Positions 17,967 through 27,075 of a stretch of 30,997 nucleotides of DNA are shown piece after piece (position 1 is the first letter of the stretch; each line of letters opens with the position of its first letter). Made by a program: the position numbers and the translations under genes. The notes below the pieces were generated by a model. The model was not told the DNA's origin and did no database searches. It saw nothing but the letters and a program-made list of their open reading frames with translations. Source of the stretch: Bdellovibrionia bacterium (GTDB taxonomy: Bacteria; Bdellovibrionota; UBA1018); contig JBJMMA010000188.1 in assembly GCA_045805065.1 (NCBI GenBank), positions 1 through 30,997 on the forward strand. The letters run 5' to 3'.

Positions 17967-19801
17967 TAAACGACGGCCTCCTCTTTAGTAGATTTTGCTT
18001 TGCCTTTAGCTTTGGCTGCAGGCTTTGCTGCGCCTTTGGCTGGAGCTTTCTTGGACTTCGATTTGGACGAGGTCTTCTCTTCAACCTCTTCTTCCATCTC
18101 ATGGACATCAATTGCGTCTGGCGCTCCATCAACGGATTGCCCGTCTCCAAGCTTTGCGCCTTCTTTCCCTTTTTGAGCCTCAAGAGCGGCGCTTGCGCTC
18201 GCAAGCTCCTGCTCAGTGGCCTTGGCATCGCGTCCCAGGATCTTGAGAAGTCCTTCTTCTGCCTTCTTCTTGCGCGTATCCGGCGCTTCAGTGATGCGGC
18301 AGAGACCTTCCACCAGGATCGGGCCGAATTGCTCGATATGGCGAATCTTCTCCTCAAGCTCATTGGCCTTGGCTTCCTGGCGAATATGCTTCGAAAGCTT
18401 TTGACCGGCTTGAATCAGAGCGAGACGGATTTCCGCGACCAGCTCATCGGAGCCATCGATCGTTTCTTTGGATGCGTTCTTGAACTTGATGAACGGCGAA
18501 ACGACGCTGACCGCGATGATGTACGGGCCTTGAGGGAGTGAATCCTTGGGCTGAGCAAGCCCGTAGGAGCGCCAGTTCACCGACTCAATCGCGTGAACGA
18601 TCGCGCAGGCTGACTTATCAAACTGCAGCGGCACGCGGTTGGCGAAACGAAGAACTTGGACGGCGCTTTCAGCCTCAAGTGCCTTATCTTCCAGACGGGC
18701 AACCGCGACTTCGATCTGCACCGGCTTGAAATCGGCAATCGTCGGCTTACGAGACACAACCGAGAAGAAGTCGATCGCACCCAGACGCTTGATGGACTTT
18801 GCCATCGCCTCTTCGCCGATCGAAAGAACCGACTTGGTCGATGGAGCATTGAGCTTCTGGTTTTGAATCGCGACGAAGAGTTCCTTGAACTCAGTTTCAT
18901 TCAAGGCATCAACGGACTTTTCAAGAAGAGCCTTCTTAAGTCCTGCCTTGACGAGATCGTTCAGGACGCCTTCATGAATCCGGGAGAAGCCCTTCTTGAG
19001 CCATTGATTGACCTTCACGCGGCCAAAGAGATGGGAGTGAGCGATAAACTCACCGAGCTTCATGGTATGAGGATGCGGCTCAGTCGCTTCAGGAATCTCA
19101 GGCAGCACATGAGTGACGCGCTCAACGGTCACAGGCTCCGAATCAGGAAGCTGATAAGTGAGCGTCAGATGCGGGTTCACCAGGGTCGTTCCGTTGAGGT
19201 AGCTGATGAGGCCTGCTTCGCCGTTCAGCTGAATACGACCATCGATCACGAACTCAACAGCTGTTCCGTTCGGGCGATCCCAGTCGATCGTCTCGCGCTG
19301 CTTCATCACGCCGCGATTGTGTTTGATATCGACTTCAACGATGCCAGACACGGCCTTGCGCATCGCCTTGGTCTTGGAAATGACTCTGGCACCGGTCGCG
19401 CTCGTGAGCTGCGCCCAGGTGGTTGCTGCGGAAATCCCGATCCCTTGCTGACCGCGAGAACAACGTCCGCGACCGAACTTAGAGGATGCGAGGTACTCAC
19501 CAAAGACCTTTGGAATGTCGTCGGTATCGATTCCAGGGCCGTTGTCTTCAACACGGATCCGGATCTGATCCGAGTTCTTCAACGATCCTGAGCCGACCTT
19601 CTCAAGGACCACCTTGATGTTCGGCAGAATGCCATGCTCTTCGCACGCATCCAACGAGTTATCGACCGCTTCTTTGAGCGTCGTCAACACTGCTTTGGTC
19701 TGCGATGAAAAGCCCACTTGCTGGAGGTTCTTTGAGAAATACTCCGCCGTGCTGCTGGTTGTAATTTTAAGATTCTCTTTGCCGCCCGCTTGCTTAGCCA
19801 T
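17966..19801 (-). CDS. top6B: DNA topoisomerase VI subunit B
   Basis: GHKL motifs KEAVDNSLDA, VEDNGPGI, SRGQQGIGIS; transducer motifs LRFANRVPL, VNWRSYGL, FKNASKETI. Start set at ATG 19801 (MAKQAGG). Confidence 0.95.
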   Translation of the reverse strand: MAKQAGGKENLKITTSSTAEYFSKNLQQVGFSSQTKAVLTTLKEAVDNSLDACEEHGILPNIKVVLEKVGSGSLKNSDQIRIRVEDNGPGIDTDDIPKVFGEYLASSKFGRGRCSRGQQGIGISAATTWAQLTSATGARVISKTKAMRKAVSGIVEVDIKHNRGVMKQRETIDWDRPNGTAVEFVIDGRIQLNGEAGLISYLNGTTLVNPHLTLTYQLPDSEPVTVERVTHVLPEIPEATEPHPHTMKLGEFIAHSHLFGRVKVNQWLKKGFSRIHEGVLNDLVKAGLKKALLEKSVDALNETEFKELFVAIQNQKLNAPSTKSVLSIGEEAMAKSIKRLGAIDFFSVVSRKPTIADFKPVQIEVAVARLEDKALEAESAVQVLRFANRVPLQFDKSACAIVHAIESVNWRSYGLAQPKDSLPQGPYIIAVSVVSPFIKFKNASKETIDGSDELVAEIRLALIQAGQKLSKHIRQEAKANELEEKIRHIEQFGPILVEGLCRITEAPDTRKKKAEEGLLKILGRDAKATEQELASASAALEAQKGKEGAKLGDGQSVDGAPDAIDVHEMEEEVEEKTSSKSKSKKAPAKGAAKPAAKAKGKAKSTKEEAVV

Positions 19802-19941
19802 GCATCGATGTAACCAAATATGAATACCGAATGTCAATACTCGGGATAGACTCCGAACGAATTTGGCGACGAGCGGCAAAGCTGTGAACAAATTTTGCAA
19901 CTTGAACCAGAGCAAAAAACGCAAAAAAGGAAAAAACCGCT

Positions 19942-20532
19942 ATGTCACAACCGCATCTGGTCAAACCCAACGAAAAGCCCTTTTTGATGGACGTTCAAGA
20001 ACTTCGTCGCCGCGCCCGCGAGCACATCATGCAGGGCGCCGTGACGCCAAGCTACGAAGGCGATCTTGAAACAGCGATTCGAATTCTAAACGAAGCTCTC
20101 GCGACCGAAATCGTTTGCACGCTTCGTTATAAAAACCACTTCTACATGGCGCAAGGCATTCACTCCAAGGCCGTAGCCGATGAATTTCTCGAGCACGCTG
20201 AGGAAGAGGAAGAGCATGCAGATTGGTTAGCTCAGCGCATTCGCGAGCTCGGAGGCGTTCCTGACTTCAATCCTGCAAACCTTCTCACCCGCAGTCATTC
20301 GGAGTACCAGGAAGGCCAGACTCTCGTTGAGCAAATCAAAGAAGACTTGATTGCCGAGCGAATCGCAATCGATTCTTACCGTGAGATCATTCGCTACTTC
20401 GATGTCCACGACCCAACGTCGCGCAGGCTCTTTGAAAAGATCCTGGCCAAGGAAGAAGAGCATGCAGATGATCTTCAAAACATGCTCGTCGCACTGGAGC
20501 CAGGCCCTGATGCTGCCGAAGCCGCAGGCTGA
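19942..20532 (+). CDS. Bacterioferritin/ferritin-like diiron protein
   Basis: LNEALATE, EEEEHAD, EDLIAERIAIDSY, EEEHADD. Confidence 0.9.
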   Translation: MSQPHLVKPNEKPFLMDVQELRRRAREHIMQGAVTPSYEGDLETAIRILNEALATEIVCTLRYKNHFYMAQGIHSKAVADEFLEHAEEEEEHADWLAQRIRELGGVPDFNPANLLTRSHSEYQEGQTLVEQIKEDLIAERIAIDSYREIIRYFDVHDPTSRRLFEKILAKEEEHADDLQNMLVALEPGPDAAEAAG

Positions 20533-20561
20533 GCATTTTGTAATGAAGCCGCAGGCTGAGC
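20518..20561 (+). repeat. 17-bp direct repeat GAAGCCGCAGGCTGAGC duplicating the ferritin gene's 3' end
   Basis: Copies at 20518-20534 and 20545-20561, separated by ATTTTGTAAT. Confidence 0.9.
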
Positions 20562-20577
20562 GCGCACGAATTTCCGT

Positions 20578-21630
20578 TTAGAGAATCACATCGGTAGGCG
20601 GCGAGACTTGCTGCTTTTCCGTTTGAGTGAGGACCTGGATCGTCGTGACCATGAGGGCTGCGACGATCGGTCCTAAAAAGATTCCCGAAAAACCCAGCAT
20701 CTGAAGACCGCCAAACGCGGCGGCGAACGCCAGAAGCGGGTGCAGATTCGCTGACCCCCGCAAAAACCACGGGCGGATAAAATTATCCATGGTCGTCACA
20801 AAGAGCGCTGAAATCAAAAGCGCAATCCCTGCGGCCGTGCGTCCGATCATGAACTGCTGGAGCGCCACTCCAAACGTCACAGGCGCGGTTCCCACCAGTG
20901 GCACAAACGATGTGACAAAGACCAGGACTCCAATCAAAAGCACATTGGGAGTTCCGGTCACAAAAACCATCGCAGACTCAAACGTGGCCTGACAAAGGCC
21001 TGAGATGACGGATGCCAGGACCACAGAGCGACAGACTCCCCCAAGATTTGCCAGGAGTTGATCGGTTTGCGACGGGCTGAAGACGGAATGTCGTCTTGCG
21101 AAGATGACCAGCTTTCGTCCATCCACGAGAAAGAAGTAAAGACTCACAACGATCACCGCCAAAGCCACTCCCATTCCTGGAAGATGCGTGATCAAAAGCC
21201 CGAGCCACTCTGCCGCATTATTGCTTAAGCTATGCAGAAAATCGGAGAGCGTACTGCTGAGCTCTTCGAGCCCAATTGGGAAAATCGAGGCTGCCCATTC
21301 CATCATCGGTTTGAGATGCGGTGAGCTGAGTAAGTTCTGTGCCCAATCCGCGCCCGCAGCCGGTGACTCCTTCAAAGCCTGAAGCTGCTCTATCCCTGAC
21401 TTCACGCCCTGATAAATCAGGATGGAAGTCGGAAGCAGAATCAAAAGAGTCACGCCCAAAGTGACCAGGCCTGAGGCCGTTCCCGTGGAAACCTTTTTTT
21501 TCTCGAGTTTTTCAACCCAAGGCATGAAAAGGACGGCAAACACGCCCCCCATCGCCAAAGGAAAGATCAGCGGAAAGATGATGTAGAAAAAGGCTGCGAC
21601 TACGAGAAACGCGAAAACCTTTCGCCCCAT
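20578..21630 (-). CDS. AI-2E (PerM/YdiK) family transporter
   Basis: Multi-TM; YFFLVDG, SFVPLVG, DNFIRP, HPLL...GG..MLGFSGIFLGP. Start set at ATG 21630 behind AAAGGA. Confidence 0.9.
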   Translation of the reverse strand: MGRKVFAFLVVAAFFYIIFPLIFPLAMGGVFAVLFMPWVEKLEKKKVSTGTASGLVTLGVTLLILLPTSILIYQGVKSGIEQLQALKESPAAGADWAQNLLSSPHLKPMMEWAASIFPIGLEELSSTLSDFLHSLSNNAAEWLGLLITHLPGMGVALAVIVVSLYFFLVDGRKLVIFARRHSVFSPSQTDQLLANLGGVCRSVVLASVISGLCQATFESAMVFVTGTPNVLLIGVLVFVTSFVPLVGTAPVTFGVALQQFMIGRTAAGIALLISALFVTTMDNFIRPWFLRGSANLHPLLAFAAAFGGLQMLGFSGIFLGPIVAALMVTTIQVLTQTEKQQVSPPTDVIL

Positions 21631-21638
21631 AGTTCCTT

Positions 21639-22289
21639 TCAGCTCTTGGTGTGAGACTGCGTTGCTGGGTGAGAAGACGGGCCCTTCATCGTTCCCAGGA
21701 TATAATCCCAGATCGGAGAGCTGACGCCCCACTTGGCGTCATGATCCACGAAGTGATGAAGCATGTGATGTTGATTGATCATCTTTCCAAGGCGCGACTT
21801 AGGCTTGAAGTGATGAGTTCCGTAGTGAATGTAGTCGTAGCAAAGGTAGCCGATGACGAAAGACGCAAAGAACGGAATTGTTGCGTCTGCAGCTCCAAAA
21901 AGCGCGAAAATAGCGCGGAAGCCCAGGAAAATCGGAACCGCCAGAATCAACGAACCAGCAGGCGGCATGACCAGGCGGGTTGGATCATTTGGATCATCAT
22001 GATGCAGGCCATGGATCAAAAACTGAAGGCGTTTTTGAAGTGGCGTTTTTGCATTGAAGTGAAACACGTAACGGTGAAGAACGTGCTCCATCAGGGTCCA
22101 CACAATAAGTCCCGCCACCAAAAGTCCCAGCACTTGAGCGACCGAGAATTGAAGAACCGTAAATGAGTAATAATAAAGATAAATAACGATCGGTGCCCAA
22201 AGCAGAAGTGGCGTAATAGGATGAACGTGAGTGAGCTTTTCCAAGTACGGATTTTCAAACACACGAATGCTTTGATAGGGCTTTTTCAT
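21639..22289 (-). CDS. Fatty-acid hydroxylase superfamily protein (FA2H/Scs7-like)
   Basis: LEKLTH..P, WTLMEHVLHRYVFH, IHGLHHDDP...RLVMPP, YDYIHYGTHH, HHMLHHF, GVSSPIWD. Confidence 0.9.
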   Translation of the reverse strand: MKKPYQSIRVFENPYLEKLTHVHPITPLLLWAPIVIYLYYYSFTVLQFSVAQVLGLLVAGLIVWTLMEHVLHRYVFHFNAKTPLQKRLQFLIHGLHHDDPNDPTRLVMPPAGSLILAVPIFLGFRAIFALFGAADATIPFFASFVIGYLCYDYIHYGTHHFKPKSRLGKMINQHHMLHHFVDHDAKWGVSSPIWDYILGTMKGPSSHPATQSHTKS

Positions 22290-22413
22290 AGTAATCTCGA
22301 GTTAGTTCTCTGGCATGGCAATCTAGCCGGTCTGCTGTCTGATGTCCAGCCCATTGACTCTCGTTGTCAGGCATAGATTGTAAGGCTTAGGCCCCTATGC
22401 TATCGGTTTTGAT

Positions 22414-23685
22414 ATGACTTTGGAATCTTTGCTCTTGTTTGTGCTCTTAGGGACCGTCTTGGCAGGGTTTTTCTTCTTACACCGGCTCTACCAGCAACTC
22501 CGAAGTCAGTTCCAAAATCAGCTTCAAACTCAACTTCAAGGTCAGCTGGCCCAGGCCATTCAGGGCCCCCTGATGGACCTCACCGAGCGCAACGCCCGCA
22601 CCAGCACCGAGATTCGCGATTCGATCCTCGAGCGCCTCAGCAAGAACATGCTCGAAAACCAGGAACGAATCGACCGAAGCCTGGCTCAGAGTCGCCAGGA
22701 ACTTCAAGGCGGGCTCTTCAAGACGACCCAAGCACTGGAGACCAAGTTTCAATCCTTAGAGCAACAAGTCGGAGTGCGACTTGAGAACATTGGTAAGAAC
22801 GTTGAATCGAAGCTCAACGAAAACCTCAAGGAAGGCTTCAAGCACTTTGAGAAGGTTCAGCAGCATCTCCAGGCAGCCGAGCTCAAGCTTGCTTCGCTCA
22901 ACACCGTGGGCCAATCAATTTCCGATCTCAACAATCTCTTGAAGCTTCCTCACCTTCGCGGTGGCTTTGGCGAAGCAACGCTTGAGCGTCTTCTTGCCGA
23001 CTTCCTGCCTGTGGGAGCTTACGAACTTCAATATATCGTTGTGCCAAACTCGCCTGAGAAGGTAGACGCGGTCGTCAAGCTCGCACGCCAGGTTCTTCCG
23101 ATCGACAGCAAGTTCCCTCGCGAAGCGGTCCTTCCTCTTTTTGATTCTCAAGACCCTGCGATTCTTGAAACCGCAAGAAAGGCATTGTCTGACTTCGTGA
23201 AGGAGCAGGCCAAATCGATCGCTGATAAATACATTCGCCCTGATCACGGGACGACCGATATGGCACTTCTCTTCTTGCCAAGCGAAACACTTTACTTCGA
23301 AGTGATCCGTAACGGAAAACTCTTTGAGCACATGACAAAGCTCAAAGTTTATCCCGTCTCACCAAACACGCTTTCCATTTCCTTGAACGCGGTTTCGATG
23401 GCGCAAGAGTATTATGAAATGGCTCGTGGCGTGGAAAAGACGATCGAAGACGTGAAAAAAGCGCGTCGCCATTTTGAGCACTTTGAGAAGAAGTTCGACG
23501 AGATCGGCAAGGGTCTCAAGAAGGCTCAAGAAGCTTTCGAGACGGCAAACACTCATCTTGGCCGCTACGAGTCATCGGTATTCCGCCTGATTGGCGATGA
23601 AGACTCTGGAAACGCTGGCAACGCATCGCTTCCGCAAGGCGCGTCGACTCCTGTTCAAGGCCTGTTGCCCATCGAAGAATCCTGA
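22414..23685 (+). CDS. rmuC: DNA recombination protein RmuC
   Basis: N-terminal TM plus coiled coil; RGGFGEATLE, D-VV, PIDSKFP, KYI, TTD, FLPSE, SPNTL. Confidence 0.9.
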   Translation: MTLESLLLFVLLGTVLAGFFFLHRLYQQLRSQFQNQLQTQLQGQLAQAIQGPLMDLTERNARTSTEIRDSILERLSKNMLENQERIDRSLAQSRQELQGGLFKTTQALETKFQSLEQQVGVRLENIGKNVESKLNENLKEGFKHFEKVQQHLQAAELKLASLNTVGQSISDLNNLLKLPHLRGGFGEATLERLLADFLPVGAYELQYIVVPNSPEKVDAVVKLARQVLPIDSKFPREAVLPLFDSQDPAILETARKALSDFVKEQAKSIADKYIRPDHGTTDMALLFLPSETLYFEVIRNGKLFEHMTKLKVYPVSPNTLSISLNAVSMAQEYYEMARGVEKTIEDVKKARRHFEHFEKKFDEIGKGLKKAQEAFETANTHLGRYESSVFRLIGDEDSGNAGNASLPQGASTPVQGLLPIEES

Positions 23686-23805
23686 CGAGAATCCTCACAA
23701 GCAATAACAAGCAGAGTCAAATGCAGAGGACCTTTGCAATTTTGACTCACTCGATGGTAATCGAACACCATGATCAGGCCGGGCATAGCCGGGCCGAGAG
23801 GGACT

Positions 23806-24561
23806 ATGTTGATGCGAATCGAGAAGCAGACCATTGAGAACATTGCGCGAAACAGATTGGAACAAAACAACATTGTTCATCTCTTTGTGAAGCAAGTACT
23901 CACTGAGAGCAAACTGATCGTCAGTCGCAAAGTCAACTTTCGCAAACGCGAGAACCAGGAAGCCGTTCAAGCTTATTGCGAGATGGCCCTTCGTGAATTT
24001 GAAGGCATCAACGCCCGCCAGAAATGGGCAAATTGGAGAACGATTCCAAAGAACCTCGACGGCCGCATTCCAACGCATGCAATGCGCGCGATTGATCTTT
24101 GCTGCGGAACCGGTGACTCCACTGAAGTTCTGGCCTGCTACCTCCCTGATGGCTCGTCCATTTTAGGACTCGAGTACAACCCAAACTTTGTCAAAGCCGC
24201 CAATAAGCGTGAGTTTATCGATAAGCACGGCAAGCCTGTCGCCGTTCAATTCAACACGCAGTCTGTTCTTGAGACCTTCACCGATGCTCAAGGCCAGGCT
24301 GTGGCCGATGAGAGCATCGATCTCGTCAACTCGTGCGGCGCCGTGGGCTCCCACTTTGATGTTGAAGCCACGAACAAACTCGTCGCTGAAATCCGTCGCG
24401 TTCTCAAAAAAGGCGGACTTGCCACGATTGATTCCGGCGCTCCTGGAACTGGCAAAAAGCAGCTCATCGGCATCTTCCAAGCCCATGGCTTTGAGGTTGT
24501 TCACTCAGCAAAGAGTTGCCTGCTCGATATCTTTACGCAGGTTTGCTTCCGTAAGCTCTAA
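23806..24561 (+). CDS. Class I SAM-dependent methyltransferase
   Basis: IDLCCGTG, GLEYN, RRVLKKGG. ATG 23806 behind GAGGG; 23770 is an alternative start. Confidence 0.85.
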   Translation: MLMRIEKQTIENIARNRLEQNNIVHLFVKQVLTESKLIVSRKVNFRKRENQEAVQAYCEMALREFEGINARQKWANWRTIPKNLDGRIPTHAMRAIDLCCGTGDSTEVLACYLPDGSSILGLEYNPNFVKAANKREFIDKHGKPVAVQFNTQSVLETFTDAQGQAVADESIDLVNSCGAVGSHFDVEATNKLVAEIRRVLKKGGLATIDSGAPGTGKKQLIGIFQAHGFEVVHSAKSCLLDIFTQVCFRKL

Positions 24562-24575
24562 AAACGGCTAAAACT

Positions 24576-24602
24576 TAATTTTTTCCACTCCTTAGCCGAT
24601 AA
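24576..24602 (+). promoter_or_regulatory. sigma28 (FliA)-type promoter
   Basis: TAAT (24576-24579), 15-nt spacer, perfect GCCGATAA (24595-24602), 7 nt before ATG 24610. Confidence 0.7.
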
Positions 24603-24609
24603 GTCAGAG

Positions 24610-27075
24610 ATGGCAATCGGTCTGAGGGGTAAACGATTCCTGAATACTTTCGCATGGATAGCTGCCGCTCTGGCGCTCTCCCAGGCGCCTATTCCCTATT
24701 CCTCATCCGGGAACGCACCTTTTATTGCCGCCGCGGCTGAAAACTCCCAAAAAGACCTGGCCCAGGAGATCGGCCAAAGAATCACCCGCGTTCCTGAGTT
24801 TCAATTCATCAGAGACGAGGCAAAGCGCCTGGGCGTAAGAGCCTACCTCTTTGGTGGGACTGCCGCAGGGTTCGCTCATTACGTGAACTGGGATATGAAG
24901 CGCGAAGGCGGAGATACTCGCTTTCAGCCGGATCGCTTTGACTACGATTACACCGACATTTATCGCTCCACTCAAGATTTAGATATCGTCATTGATGGAC
25001 CGCCAGCGAAAGCTCAAAAACTTCAGCAAATGCTTGCGGAAAACTTTCCACACCTTCAGGGAAATAAAACGGCATGGGAAGTGCGTCTTCTTCGCCAGGA
25101 CATGGGCGATAAACAAGCGCTACTCAATAACCCTGAGTTTCTCAATCAACACACGGATTCCAACTCCACCGGCATGATCGAGATCACTGAGCCCAAAGAG
25201 GGCGACCCCGTCGTTCGTGATTTACGCGATTGGACCTCAAGAGACCCCTACTTTCTTCGAGACGTTCGCGAAGGCAAGCTTCACTACTACTTCTCTGATA
25301 AACACGCTCAGACCAAGTTTGCCAAAGAAGGACGAAATCCCCCGATCATCTCGGTGATTCGCTATCTCACCAAAGCCTTTCAATATGAGCTTGAGATCCG
25401 CCCCGAAGATCGAGAGCAGATCAAAAAGATCACCGATGAATTTGATCCACGTGGTCGCGACATCAGGAACAGTTATGTTCGGAACTGGCTTCTGATGAAA
25501 GACAACGGCCGAAAGCTCATTCAGAACGCAGTCAACATAGAGTATGCCTGGAACACGCTTGAAGAGCTGGGCCTCAGAAAAAAGCTCATCGCGATTGAAA
25601 ACAACCCAGACACCGAAGGCTCGCTCGCCTGGTGGATGAGTAAAGAACCTCTTCGCTCCTATCCTTTGGAAAAAGGAACGAGAACCGCCCGTGAGCTCGT
25701 TGCAAGGGGCCTGCTCCCAACCGATCTTACGGTCGCTCACGAGACAAACAACTTCCTTGCGTATGAATCGATGACTCGTGCGCATACTGGCGATCCCAAT
25801 GTTTTGATTTCGCGAAGGAACAAGGTTGGTGAGTCAGCTGGCCTCGGAAACGGATTTTATACGGCGATCGGTCGTAATGGGGCTCGTCACACTGGAATCA
25901 CAATCCGATTTAAAATGGATCCGGATGCGGTCGAGGGTGTCGATTTTACTTTCGACCGCGATACCAAGTTCCTGGTCTTTCATAACAAAAACGCCCTTCG
26001 TGTGATCCCTGAGAGCTTAAAGCTCACTCCAACTCAATATTTTGATTTCTTAGCCAATGGGGAAAAAATCGATCCTTCAGAACGCGCGATCTTTGAAAAA
26101 CTCAAAAGAAAAGTAGCGGCTGGCCGAGGCTCCCTGACTGATGAGGAATACGAACAGATTCAATCTATTGTGAAAGCATCGATTGAACGCGATGGATTCA
26201 ATGAACCTTTGCTAAAAGAGTGGGCTGCACTTCCAAAAAGTGCAGATCGGAGCGAAGTACTTTTTGATCCTCTCCTCAAAACGCATGTCTACGACATACC
26301 GCTTTCACAACTCGTATTTTCGCAGCCTCAGTTTGCCAAACTACCTAAGTTTTCAGAACGCCACATTGAGACTGAACGCCTTCTGAAAAAACTGAAAAAA
26401 AGCGCAGGCACTCCTGAGGCTTATCACTCCCTATTGAAGAAAACTCTTCAAACGAATCCAGAAGATGCGACGAGGCTTGCCTATATTTATCCACAATATA
26501 AGGATGACGCAGCTCTCTCGGCGATGATTCACGAAGTGTTGCCTCAAATCGACGACGAGAACTTCACTCTTCAAGTGATTCGAGACAGTTCTAAAGCTGA
26601 GCTTCGAAACCGAGTGATTCTGTTCAATCAGCTCGTCGACCGTGTATTGACTCAGCCTCACACGAAAACCTGGAAACAGGCAAAAGCAGGGATCATCGAG
26701 AATCTCTGGAATCGTGATGCATTGTCTAAACTTTATGAAAAAGTTCTGTCTCAGCCTGAGCTGACAGATGAGGAATCAACAATCCACGCCATCAAAGCGA
26801 CAAATGAGGTCGTACGTAGAATATCCAAAACGACTGCTGAAGAGTTTTACCAAATACTTCTAGATAAAGTCTTAAGCAAGCCTCTTGCAAAAGATTGGGC
26901 GGAAGCTCAAGCAGAGTTCTTCAGACTCGCACCTGATACACCTACCATCCGTTCTTTCGCCAAAAAGATTGCCAAAAAGACAGCCCAAAAGACTGAAAAG
27001 AAGATCGCGAAGAAAAACTCGGCCTGCATAGTCTCGTCCATCAAGACAAGTCTAGGAGATCCAGATGCGCCGTAG
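24610..27075 (+). CDS. Secreted nucleotidyltransferase (CCA/poly(A) polymerase-like) plus ART-like multidomain protein, paralog 1
   Basis: Signal peptide; AYLFGG...DLDIVIDG, WEVRLL, VIRYL; VAHET...GNGFYTA; helical C-terminus. Confidence 0.75.
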   Translation: MAIGLRGKRFLNTFAWIAAALALSQAPIPYSSSGNAPFIAAAAENSQKDLAQEIGQRITRVPEFQFIRDEAKRLGVRAYLFGGTAAGFAHYVNWDMKREGGDTRFQPDRFDYDYTDIYRSTQDLDIVIDGPPAKAQKLQQMLAENFPHLQGNKTAWEVRLLRQDMGDKQALLNNPEFLNQHTDSNSTGMIEITEPKEGDPVVRDLRDWTSRDPYFLRDVREGKLHYYFSDKHAQTKFAKEGRNPPIISVIRYLTKAFQYELEIRPEDREQIKKITDEFDPRGRDIRNSYVRNWLLMKDNGRKLIQNAVNIEYAWNTLEELGLRKKLIAIENNPDTEGSLAWWMSKEPLRSYPLEKGTRTARELVARGLLPTDLTVAHETNNFLAYESMTRAHTGDPNVLISRRNKVGESAGLGNGFYTAIGRNGARHTGITIRFKMDPDAVEGVDFTFDRDTKFLVFHNKNALRVIPESLKLTPTQYFDFLANGEKIDPSERAIFEKLKRKVAAGRGSLTDEEYEQIQSIVKASIERDGFNEPLLKEWAALPKSADRSEVLFDPLLKTHVYDIPLSQLVFSQPQFAKLPKFSERHIETERLLKKLKKSAGTPEAYHSLLKKTLQTNPEDATRLAYIYPQYKDDAALSAMIHEVLPQIDDENFTLQVIRDSSKAELRNRVILFNQLVDRVLTQPHTKTWKQAKAGIIENLWNRDALSKLYEKVLSQPELTDEESTIHAIKATNEVVRRISKTTAEEFYQILLDKVLSKPLAKDWAEAQAEFFRLAPDTPTIRSFAKKIAKKTAQKTEKKIAKKNSACIVSSIKTSLGDPDAP

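Noticed and set aside
17774..19591. Long plus-strand ORFs (255 and 311 aa) opposite top6A/top6B
   Set aside because: Antisense shadows of well-supported genes, with no recognisable motifs.
19802..19924. N-terminal extension of Top6B in the ORF track (likewise at 2009, 9546, 13551 and 21732)
   Set aside because: These extensions run through promoter regions or neighbouring genes; downstream starts fit family N-termini and, in most cases, an SD better.
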